A stretch of DNA of 64,000 bases from Flavobacteriales bacterium. Lineage in GTDB: Bacteria > Bacteroidota > Bacteroidia > Flavobacteriales > BACL11. Below the pieces are notes generated by a model, which was not told the DNA's origin, did not search any database, and saw nothing but the letters and a program-made list of their open reading frames with translations. Shown here piece after piece: positions 28,649 through 37,158 of this stretch. Location: assembly GCA_014239655.1 (NCBI GenBank), contig JAAZYM010000018.1, positions 12,700 through 76,699 of the forward strand. Reading direction: 5' to 3'. Numbering within the stretch: position 1 is the first letter of the stretch; every line of letters starts with the position of its first letter. The position numbers and the translations under genes are program-made.

Positions 28649-30022
28649 TTAGTAGATTTTAATTAGTTGTGATTTTCCTGATTTAATAATAAATGATTTT
28701 TCATTTGTATAAATATATTTTTTTGAAGATTTTGCCCTGTATACTACGCTGTACTTTCCTGGGAGTAATGTTAATTTATACTGATTAGATTCTCCATTAA
28801 ATTTATATATTTCAGTTAGTTTGTCCCCATCTTTTAGGTATACACCACCAAATCCTTTAGCAGGTAGAAGAATATTTGCAAGCCCTGTACTTGGGAGTTG
28901 GAGTTTTGTTAATTGGTTGTGATTAATTCTAATATTCTGAAAATATTGTCTTGGGAGCGTAAGTAATTCTATATCATAAAAGCCAGTTATATAATTTTGA
29001 GTGGTATTTATATTTTGAACATTAATTGTCTGATTTTCATTAACTCTTTTTACAATAAATTGATAATCTTTTTTTGTGTTTAATACAATCTTTAATTTCC
29101 CTTGTGGCGTTTTTAATGGTATTACTGTGTGTTCTCCAGGGATAACAGTAATAATATCTGATTCTACTGGAGGGATAGTATGGGCAACTACTCTATATTT
29201 TAGTACTGGATCAATAATCATTGTATCAGGATTACCCATATTATTCATTGTATGAATAAAATTGTATTTAACTATATCAGTAAAATTATCATAAAAGGTT
29301 AGAGGAATATTTGTTTCAGTGGGTTCACCTAGAGAGTCTAGTAGATTTACTTGTGTTGTTGTATTGTCTATAACATGGGAGATAACTATATTAAGAATAT
29401 TTGAAAAGTCTCTTTCATTTGCAGCGTCAAAGAATGTTCCAACACAGTCTAGTTTCTTTTGCCATGATTTGTCTAGACCAATTCCAATAACAAATGGTTT
29501 TAATATTATGCCTTTTTTTGCAAATAATCTAGCAACGGCACAAGGGTCCATTCCACATTCTTCTTTTCCATCTGTTATTAGTATGACAATATTTCTAGAG
29601 TTATCTAATGGAAAGTCTGCTGCTGCTGCTTCTAGAGATCGAGCAATAGGAGTTGTTCCTTTGGCTTTTATCATGCTTAATTTTCCCTTAACTCTGTCAG
29701 CAAATATTGATGATGGGATAAAGTTGATTTCTAATTTTGTGTCATCACATTCTTGAGGCGGATAACTTCTCTGATGTCCATATACTCTTAGAGCAAGCTC
29801 TAGATTTTCAATATCTTTAAGAGAATCTGTAATATTTATTAATAGTTCTTTAGCAATATCAATTTTTCTTCCACTTTGCCATCTGCCTAACATAGATTGT
29901 GATGCATCAAAAACAAATAATATTCTATTTGTAGGGTCTTTTTTTACTTGACAATATGAGTCTTGATTAATTAAAATTAATCCAATAAGAATAAATAATA
30001 TTTTAAATTTTTTAGTAATCAC
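28649..30022 (-). CDS. Secreted von Willebrand factor A (VWA) domain protein with an uncharacterised C-terminal beta-rich half
   Basis: Signal peptide, MIDAS motif ILFVFDASQSM (DxSxS), and later ILITDGKEECG. It overlaps the tkt N-subunit gene by 11 nt and ends 2 nt before the tkt C-subunit gene. Confidence 0.75.
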   Translation of the reverse strand: MITKKFKILFILIGLILINQDSYCQVKKDPTNRILFVFDASQSMLGRWQSGRKIDIAKELLINITDSLKDIENLELALRVYGHQRSYPPQECDDTKLEINFIPSSIFADRVKGKLSMIKAKGTTPIARSLEAAAADFPLDNSRNIVILITDGKEECGMDPCAVARLFAKKGIILKPFVIGIGLDKSWQKKLDCVGTFFDAANERDFSNILNIVISHVIDNTTTQVNLLDSLGEPTETNIPLTFYDNFTDIVKYNFIHTMNNMGNPDTMIIDPVLKYRVVAHTIPPVESDIITVIPGEHTVIPLKTPQGKLKIVLNTKKDYQFIVKRVNENQTINVQNINTTQNYITGFYDIELLTLPRQYFQNIRINHNQLTKLQLPSTGLANILLPAKGFGGVYLKDGDKLTEIYKFNGESNQYKLTLLPGKYSVVYRAKSSKKYIYTNEKSFIIKSGKSQLIKIY

Positions 30023-30857
30023 CTAGAGTCTCAGTATTTTGAGATAATGCTGAAGCTAATTGTTCATCGTTAGGAGCATTTCCATGCCACTTATGTGTGC
30101 CCATCATAAAATCTACGCCATTCCCCATTTTAGTATGAAGAAGAATAGCGATAGGCTTTTGTTTTCCTGTCATTTCTTTTGCTTGAGATAATGTGTGAGA
30201 AATTGATTGTAAGTCGTTTCCTTCAATAACTTCTAAAAGCTCCCAATCAAAGGCATTAAATTTTGCTTTAAGATCTCCCATTGGAAGCACATCATCAAGA
30301 GATCCATCAATTTGTTTTTTATTATAGTCAATTGTTGCAATGATATTATCAATCTTATTGGCTGATGCATACATTATCGCTTCCCATATTTGTCCCTCTT
30401 GTAATTCTCCATCTCCATGTAGTGAATAGATCAAATGATTGTCATTATTTAATTTTTTTGTTAATGCTGCTCCAATTGCAACCGATAGGCCCTGACCTAA
30501 AGAACCTGAAGCAACTCGGATTCCTTCAAGCTTTTCATGTGTTGTTGGGTGGCCTTGTAATCTACTATTGAGTTTTCTAAATGTTGCAAGTTCTTTAATA
30601 TCAAAATATCCTGATCTTGCTAATACAGAATATAAAACAGGAGATATATGTCCATTAGAAAGAAAAAATAAATCTTCATTTATTCCGTCCATTTCAAATG
30701 ATATGTTGTGCTTCAAATGATTAAAATATAAGATAGATAAGAATTCTGTGCATCCTAATGAACCTCCTGGATGGCCAGAGTTATTAGTATGAACCATTCT
30801 TAGTATATCTCTTCTAATTTGAGTACATATTTCTTCTAATTCTTTAATTGATTTCAT
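30012..30857 (-). CDS. Transketolase, N-terminal (TPP-binding) subunit of the split enzyme
   Basis: SGHPGGSLGCTEFL and HGDGELQEGQIWEA motifs. 281 aa. Confidence 0.9.
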   Translation of the reverse strand: MKSIKELEEICTQIRRDILRMVHTNNSGHPGGSLGCTEFLSILYFNHLKHNISFEMDGINEDLFFLSNGHISPVLYSVLARSGYFDIKELATFRKLNSRLQGHPTTHEKLEGIRVASGSLGQGLSVAIGAALTKKLNNDNHLIYSLHGDGELQEGQIWEAIMYASANKIDNIIATIDYNKKQIDGSLDDVLPMGDLKAKFNAFDWELLEVIEGNDLQSISHTLSQAKEMTGKQKPIAILLHTKMGNGVDFMMGTHKWHGNAPNDEQLASALSQNTETLGDY

Positions 30858-31027
30858 TTAGCTGTTGTTTAATATGTAAATTTAAAGTTTACGTTTGTCT
30901 TTTGTATTGTTAAAATAAATATGTAAAGTATTTTATTAACGTATTATTGACAATTATTATTTTAAAAGTTATTTGAATTTTTAAACTTGATATTTATTAA
31001 TATTGCAGAAATTAATTTTTAAAATTT

Positions 31028-32125
31028 ATGGCACTTAAATGTGGTATTGTTGGTCTTCCAAATGTTGGTAAATCTACCCTCTTTAATTGTTTGTCAAAAG
31101 CAAAAGCTCAATCAGAGAATTTTCCGTTCTGTACAATAGAACCAAATATTGGAGTTATTTCTGTTCCTGATAAGCGATTAGATGAAATTGCAAAATTAGT
31201 TAAGCCTCAAAAGATTATTCCTACAACAGTTGAAATTGTTGATATTGCAGGTTTAGTAAAAGGAGCAAGCAAAGGAGAGGGCTTAGGAAATAAATTTCTT
31301 GCTAATATTAGAGAGACTAATGCATTAATACACGTTATAAGATGTTTTGATGATGATAATGTAGTTCATGTTGATGGTTCAGTTGATCCAATTAGAGATA
31401 AAGAAACAATTGATATGGAACTTCAAATTAAAGATCTTGAAACTTTAGAAAATATTAAAGAGAAGAATTTAAAGATTGCAAAATCTGGTGATAAACAAGC
31501 ACAGAAAAATATAGTTTGTTTAGACAAGTATATAGGTCATATAGAGCTTGGAAATCCTGCAAGAACTTTTGATGCAAATGAAGATGAGCAATCACTTGTT
31601 TCTTCCTTAAATTTAATTACAATGAAGCCAGTTTTATATGTTTGTAATGTAGATGAGTCTTCTGTATTAGATGGAAATGATTATGTGTCTTTAGTTAAAG
31701 CATCAATAAAAGATGAACAAGCACAAGTATTAACTATTGCTACGGCAATTGAAGCAGAGATTGCCGAACTAGAATCAATAGATGAGCAACTTCTTTTTTT
31801 AGAAGAGATGGGGCTTGATCAGCCTGGGGTTAATCATTTAATTAGTTCTACTTATAGCCTTTTAAATTTACAAACATATTTTACTGCAGGTGAGAAAGAA
31901 GTTAGAGCTTGGACTATTGTTAAAGGAACAAAGCCACCTAAAGCAGCAGCGGTTATTCATACTGATTTTGAGAAAGGGTTTATTAGAGCTGAAGTAATCT
32001 CTTATGATGATTTTATTAATTATGGTTCTGAACAGAATTGTAGAGATAACGGTAAGCTTTCCATTGAAGGTAAAGACTATATAGTTAATGATGGAGATAT
32101 TATGCATTTTAGGTTTAATGTGTAA
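31028..32125 (+). CDS. ychF: Redox-regulated ATPase YchF
   Basis: G1 motif GIVGLPNVGKSTLFN, DIAGLVKGAS, and a C-terminal TGS-like domain. 365 aa. Confidence 0.95.
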   Translation: MALKCGIVGLPNVGKSTLFNCLSKAKAQSENFPFCTIEPNIGVISVPDKRLDEIAKLVKPQKIIPTTVEIVDIAGLVKGASKGEGLGNKFLANIRETNALIHVIRCFDDDNVVHVDGSVDPIRDKETIDMELQIKDLETLENIKEKNLKIAKSGDKQAQKNIVCLDKYIGHIELGNPARTFDANEDEQSLVSSLNLITMKPVLYVCNVDESSVLDGNDYVSLVKASIKDEQAQVLTIATAIEAEIAELESIDEQLLFLEEMGLDQPGVNHLISSTYSLLNLQTYFTAGEKEVRAWTIVKGTKPPKAAAVIHTDFEKGFIRAEVISYDDFINYGSEQNCRDNGKLSIEGKDYIVNDGDIMHFRFNV

Positions 32126-32197
32126 TACTTGATATAAAGTTGATAAAATTGTTGATAAGAGCTTCTGGAAAATTCATATTTTATTTTCAATATATTT

Positions 32198-32205
32198 TAT
32201 TTTTG
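32198..32205 (+). promoter_or_regulatory. Candidate -7 promoter box (TATTTTTG) for parE
   Basis: Exact TAnnTTTG match 38 nt upstream of ATG 32243. Confidence 0.3.
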
Positions 32206-32242
32206 TTTCTCATTTTAAAAATTAATCTAGATAAATCTATTT

Positions 32243-34108
32243 ATGACTAATAATCAATATACTGAAGATAGTATTAAGTCGCTTGATTGGAAAGAGCATA
32301 TTAGACTTAGGCCTGGAATGTATATTGGAAAGATGGGTGATGGTTCTTCTCCAGATGATGGTATATATGTTTTGCTAAAGGAGGTAATAGATAACTCTAT
32401 TGATGAATATGTAATGGGTAATGGAAAATCAATTGAATTATCTATAAAAAACAATAATGTAACTATCAGAGACTTTGGACGTGGTATTCCTCTTGGAAAA
32501 GTTGTAGATGTTGTTTCTAAGATTAATACAGGAGCAAAATATGATTCTAAAGTTTTTAAAAAATCTGTTGGGTTAAATGGTGTTGGATCAAAAGCTGTGA
32601 ATGCTCTTTCATCACATTTTCAAATTAAATCTATAAGAGATGGTAAAAGCAAACTTGTTGAGTTTTCTCGTGGTGTAATAACTAATGAAGAAGATATACA
32701 GGATAATTCAGGAAGAAAAGGTACAAAAGTGAGTTTTATAGCAGATAAAGAGCTTTTTGGTAACTATAGATTTATTAATGAGTACATTGAAAAGATGCTA
32801 TGGAATTATTGTTATCTAAATACTGGATTATCAATCCTATATAATGGAAATAAATTTTATTCTGAAAAAGGATTGTATGATCTTTTAGATCAGAATACAG
32901 ATGCTGAATTATTATATCCTATAATTCATTTAAAAGGAGAAGATATTGAGGTAGCAATTACTCATTGTAAAAATCAATATTCTGAGCAGTATTATTCTTT
33001 TGTTAATGGTCAGCATACAATTCAAGGAGGAACACATCAGGGCGCATTTAGGCAGGCAATTGTTAAGGTTGTAAGAGAGTTTTTTAACAAGAGTTATGAG
33101 GCTGCTGATATTCGCCAAGCAATAAATGCTGCTATTAGTATAAAGGTTATAGAGCCAATATTTGAGTCTCAGACAAAAACTAAACTTGGTTCAACTGAAG
33201 TAGAACCAGATGGAGTAACTGTCCATACTTTTATCCATGATTTTCTAAAAAAACATTTGGATAACTTCCTACATAAGAATCCTGAATCTGCAGAAATCCT
33301 TCAAAAGAAAATACAACAAGCAGAGCATGAAAGAAAAGCAATGGCAGGGGTTAAAAAATTAGCTAGAGAGAGAGCAAAGAAGGCTAATTTACATAATAAA
33401 AAATTACGTGATTGTAGAATTCATTATAATGATCATAACAAGGAAGAAAGAGTAGATTCTACTTTGTTTATAACTGAGGGAGATTCAGCCTCTGGATCTA
33501 TTACTAAAACACGTGACATTAAGACGCAAGCTGTTTTTAGTTTAAGAGGCAAGCCTCTTAATTCATATGGTTTAACTAAAAAAGTTGTTTATGAAAATGA
33601 AGAATTTAATTTATTGCAATCTGCTTTAAATATTGAGCAAGGTATAGATGATTTAAGATATAATAAAATAGTTATTGCTACTGATGCTGATGTTGATGGA
33701 ATGCATATTAGATTGCTTTTAATTACTTTCTTTCTCCAGTTTTTTCCAGAATTAGTCAGGGAAGGTCATGTATATATACTTGAGACACCTTTGTTTAGGG
33801 TGAGAAATAAAAAGAAAACAATTTATTGTTATAATAATAAAGAAAGATTAAAGGCACTTGATAAATTAGGTAAATCTGCAGAAATCACAAGATTTAAAGG
33901 GCTTGGAGAGATATCACCTAATGAATTCAAACACTTTATTGGATCTGATATGAGGTTAGATCCTGTAATAATTGGTAGTGAAGCTAAAATCCATGAAATT
34001 TTAAAATATTTTATGGGTAAAAACACACAAGAAAGACAAGATTTTATAATTAATAATCTAAAAATAGAAGAGGATTTAGTGCATGAGTATGACCAAGATA
34101 TTGATTAA
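32243..34108 (+). CDS. parE: DNA topoisomerase IV subunit B (Bacteroidetes short type)
   Basis: GHKL ATPase N-terminus ([10 protein letters not shown]-like [12 protein letters not shown]), TOPRIM EGDSA and DADVDG motifs. 621 aa, and it precedes parC. Confidence 0.9.
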   Translation: MTNNQYTEDSIKSLDWKEHIRLRPGMYIGKMGDGSSPDDGIYVLLKEVIDNSIDEYVMGNGKSIELSIKNNNVTIRDFGRGIPLGKVVDVVSKINTGAKYDSKVFKKSVGLNGVGSKAVNALSSHFQIKSIRDGKSKLVEFSRGVITNEEDIQDNSGRKGTKVSFIADKELFGNYRFINEYIEKMLWNYCYLNTGLSILYNGNKFYSEKGLYDLLDQNTDAELLYPIIHLKGEDIEVAITHCKNQYSEQYYSFVNGQHTIQGGTHQGAFRQAIVKVVREFFNKSYEAADIRQAINAAISIKVIEPIFESQTKTKLGSTEVEPDGVTVHTFIHDFLKKHLDNFLHKNPESAEILQKKIQQAEHERKAMAGVKKLARERAKKANLHNKKLRDCRIHYNDHNKEERVDSTLFITEGDSASGSITKTRDIKTQAVFSLRGKPLNSYGLTKKVVYENEEFNLLQSALNIEQGIDDLRYNKIVIATDADVDGMHIRLLLITFFLQFFPELVREGHVYILETPLFRVRNKKKTIYCYNNKERLKALDKLGKSAEITRFKGLGEISPNEFKHFIGSDMRLDPVIIGSEAKIHEILKYFMGKNTQERQDFIINNLKIEEDLVHEYDQDID

Positions 34109-34562
34109 AAATAATAAAAGAGTAAAAAAAATATATTTTATTCTTCTTTGTTATCTTATATTATTTATAATAGTTCCATTTCTTGTATTGATGAAGCTAG
34201 AAAATTCATTGATTTCGGTTTTTTTGACTAATAACCCTTATGTGCTAATAATTTTACTAATTATCTTTTGTTATTTTTTATTTATAGGGGTTTATTATAC
34301 TTATTTTAAGATAGATTCTTATATAATTAATATTTCTAGTTCTAAATTAGATTCAAAGGATAATATGTTGGATATTAAGCATAGCATGTTAGAAAATTTC
34401 TTTTTTAAAAAATCAGTTTTTTCTTGGAATACTGTTTTGTATATTAATTTTATGAAGAAAAAAGATAGTTTTGTTACAAGAAAATTTTATTTTTCATTAT
34501 TAGGTGATAAAGAGAAAGAAAAGATAACTTTAGAGCTTAAAAGAATTCTTAAAAAAGATTAA
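34083..34562 (+). CDS. Small two-TM membrane protein of unknown function between parE and parC
   Basis: ATG lies 26 nt inside the parE 3' end, and the stop is 1 nt before the parC ATG. Two strongly hydrophobic helices are followed by a strand-rich domain of about 85 aa and a terminal basic helix. Confidence 0.5.
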   Translation: MSMTKILIKNNKRVKKIYFILLCYLILFIIVPFLVLMKLENSLISVFLTNNPYVLIILLIIFCYFLFIGVYYTYFKIDSYIINISSSKLDSKDNMLDIKHSMLENFFFKKSVFSWNTVLYINFMKKKDSFVTRKFYFSLLGDKEKEKITLELKRILKKD

Positions 34563-34563
34563 G

Positions 34564-37146
34564 ATGGCTGAAGTAGATGAAATAAATTTAGAAGATGATA
34601 ATAACCTAAAAGATATCATCCATGTTTCTGGAATGTATAAAAATTGGTTTCTTGATTATGCATCTTATGTAATATTAGAGAGAGCTGTTCCTAATATATA
34701 TGATGGCTTAAAGCCTGTTCAAAGGAGAATCCTACATTCATTAAAGGAGCTTAACGATGGTAGATATCATAAAGTAGCTAATGTTATTGGTCATACAATG
34801 AAGTATCATCCACATGGAGATGCTTCTATTGGTGATGCAATGGTTCAAATAGGTCAGAAAGATTTATTGCTTGATATGCAGGGTAATTGGGGAAATGTTT
34901 CTACAGGAGATAGAGCTGCTGCACCAAGATATATAGAAGTTAGATTAACTCCTTTTGCTCTTGATGTTGCATTTAATAAGAAGATTACTAAATGGAACTC
35001 TTCATATGATGGCCGAGGTAAGGAGCCAGAGACATTACCTGTAAAATTTCCACTTTTATTAGCTCATGGAGTAGAAGGAATAGCAGTTGGTCTATCAACT
35101 AAGATATTGCCTCATAATTTTAATGAATTGATTGATGCTTCTGTTAAAGTCTTAAAAGGAGTTAAGCCAAAAATATTTCCAGACTTTTTATCTGGAGGTA
35201 TGGCTGATTTCACTAATTATAATGACGGTAAAAGGGGCGGAAAAGTTAGGGTTAGAGCAAAAATTAAATCTGTAGATAAGAATACATTGCATATAACAGA
35301 ACTGCCATATTCTACTAATACATCTTCTTTAATTAATTCAATTATAAAAGCTAATGATAAAGGAAAAATTAAAATTAAAAAGATTGAAGATAATACAGCA
35401 GAGAATGTTGAGATTTTAATAAAGTTGCCAGCAGGTATTTCTCCTGATAAAACAATCGATGCTTTATATAGGTTTACTGATTGTGAGTTCTCTATTTCTC
35501 CTTTATCATGTGTGATTAGTGATAATCAACCTATTTTTAATGGTGTTTCTGAGCTTCTTCAGCAATCAACAGAACATACAGTAAATCTTTTAACTGCAGA
35601 ATTAGAGGTTAATCTTAAAGAATTACAAGATAAGTGGCATTTTTCTTCCTTAGAAAGAGTCTTTATTGAAAACAGAATATATCATTCTATTGAAGAGTTA
35701 GAAGCATGGGATGAGATAATTAATACAATTTTCAATGAACTTAAACCATTCTGCAATCACCTATTAAGAGATGTTACAAAGGAAGATATTGAAAAATTAA
35801 CAGAGATTAAGATTAAAAGAATAACAAAATTTGATCTTGATCGGGCAATAAAAGAGATTAACAATCTAGAAAAAAGAATTAAAGAGGTAGAATACAGTCT
35901 TAATAATATTACTGAGTATGCTATTAATTATTTTAAGGACTTAAAGAAGAAATATGGTGCTGATAAGAAAAGAAAAACAGAGATAAAAATATTTGAAAGT
36001 ATTGATGCTACAAAGGTTGTTGTAGCAAACAAAAAATTATATGTAAATAGAGAAGAAGGTTTCATTGGAACCTCTTTAAGGAAAGATGATTTTATTAGTG
36101 ATTGCTCTGATATTGATGATATAATTGTTATTAGAGATAATGGATTAATGCAGGTTGTTAAGATAGATTCAAAGGTTTTTGTTGGGAAAGGAATTATTCA
36201 TGCTGCTGTTTTCAAGAAGAAAGATGCCAGAACAATTTATAATATGATTTATTTTGACGGAAAATCTGGTTATTCAATGATGAAAAGATTTAATGTTAGT
36301 AGTATTACTAGAAATAGAGATTATGTTCTTACTAGATCAGATACTAATTCTAAAATTATTTATCTAACATCTAATCCTAATGGAGAAGCTGAGAAAATAA
36401 CGATTCATTTAAGAAAGGTTCAACGTTTAAAAATATTAAAATTTGATTATGATTTTGCTGATTTATCTATTAAGGGAAAAGGATCTGTTGGTAATATCTT
36501 AACAAAAAACAGGGTTAGAAAGATAGAATTAAGATCAGAAGGAGTTTCTACATTATCTGCTAGAAAGATATGGTTTGATCCTAATGTTAAAAGATTAAAT
36601 GTTGAAGCAAGAGGTGATTTATTAGGTGATTTTGCAGCAAATGATAGAATATTAATAATTAATCAGGATGGAACTATTGGGCTTAAGAGTTTTGATATCT
36701 CAACACATTTTGATGAAAACATGATTTTAATTGAGAAACATAATCCATCTAAGCCTATATCGGCTATTTATTTTGATGGTAAAAAACAAAACTATTATGT
36801 TAAAAGGTTTTTAATAGAATCATTAAGTCAGATATTTTTATTTATTTCTGATCATAAAGATTCTTTTTTAGAACTTGTTTCTACCGATTGGAGGCCTCAG
36901 ATTGAAGTTATCTATAAAAAAGAAAAAGGAAAAGAGAGGAAAAAAGAGGTCGTAAGTATAAAAGATTTTATTTCAATAAAGGGAGCAAAATCATTTGGAA
37001 ATAGATTGTCGCCAAATAAAATAAATAATATAAATCTATTAGAGCCATTAGAGTATACTGAAGAAGCTCCCGATCTGGTTGATATACCATTAACAATCAC
37101 AAATAATGATGATCAAGATAACACTCAGACATCTTTAGAACTATAA
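34564..37146 (+). CDS. parC: DNA topoisomerase IV subunit A
   Basis: GLKPVQRRILH, HPHGD, and the active-site Tyr region AAPRYIEVRL. 860 aa. Confidence 0.9.
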   Translation: MAEVDEINLEDDNNLKDIIHVSGMYKNWFLDYASYVILERAVPNIYDGLKPVQRRILHSLKELNDGRYHKVANVIGHTMKYHPHGDASIGDAMVQIGQKDLLLDMQGNWGNVSTGDRAAAPRYIEVRLTPFALDVAFNKKITKWNSSYDGRGKEPETLPVKFPLLLAHGVEGIAVGLSTKILPHNFNELIDASVKVLKGVKPKIFPDFLSGGMADFTNYNDGKRGGKVRVRAKIKSVDKNTLHITELPYSTNTSSLINSIIKANDKGKIKIKKIEDNTAENVEILIKLPAGISPDKTIDALYRFTDCEFSISPLSCVISDNQPIFNGVSELLQQSTEHTVNLLTAELEVNLKELQDKWHFSSLERVFIENRIYHSIEELEAWDEIINTIFNELKPFCNHLLRDVTKEDIEKLTEIKIKRITKFDLDRAIKEINNLEKRIKEVEYSLNNITEYAINYFKDLKKKYGADKKRKTEIKIFESIDATKVVVANKKLYVNREEGFIGTSLRKDDFISDCSDIDDIIVIRDNGLMQVVKIDSKVFVGKGIIHAAVFKKKDARTIYNMIYFDGKSGYSMMKRFNVSSITRNRDYVLTRSDTNSKIIYLTSNPNGEAEKITIHLRKVQRLKILKFDYDFADLSIKGKGSVGNILTKNRVRKIELRSEGVSTLSARKIWFDPNVKRLNVEARGDLLGDFAANDRILIINQDGTIGLKSFDISTHFDENMILIEKHNPSKPISAIYFDGKKQNYYVKRFLIESLSQIFLFISDHKDSFLELVSTDWRPQIEVIYKKEKGKERKKEVVSIKDFISIKGAKSFGNRLSPNKINNINLLEPLEYTEEAPDLVDIPLTITNNDDQDNTQTSLEL

Positions 37147-37158
37147 AATTTATAAAAC

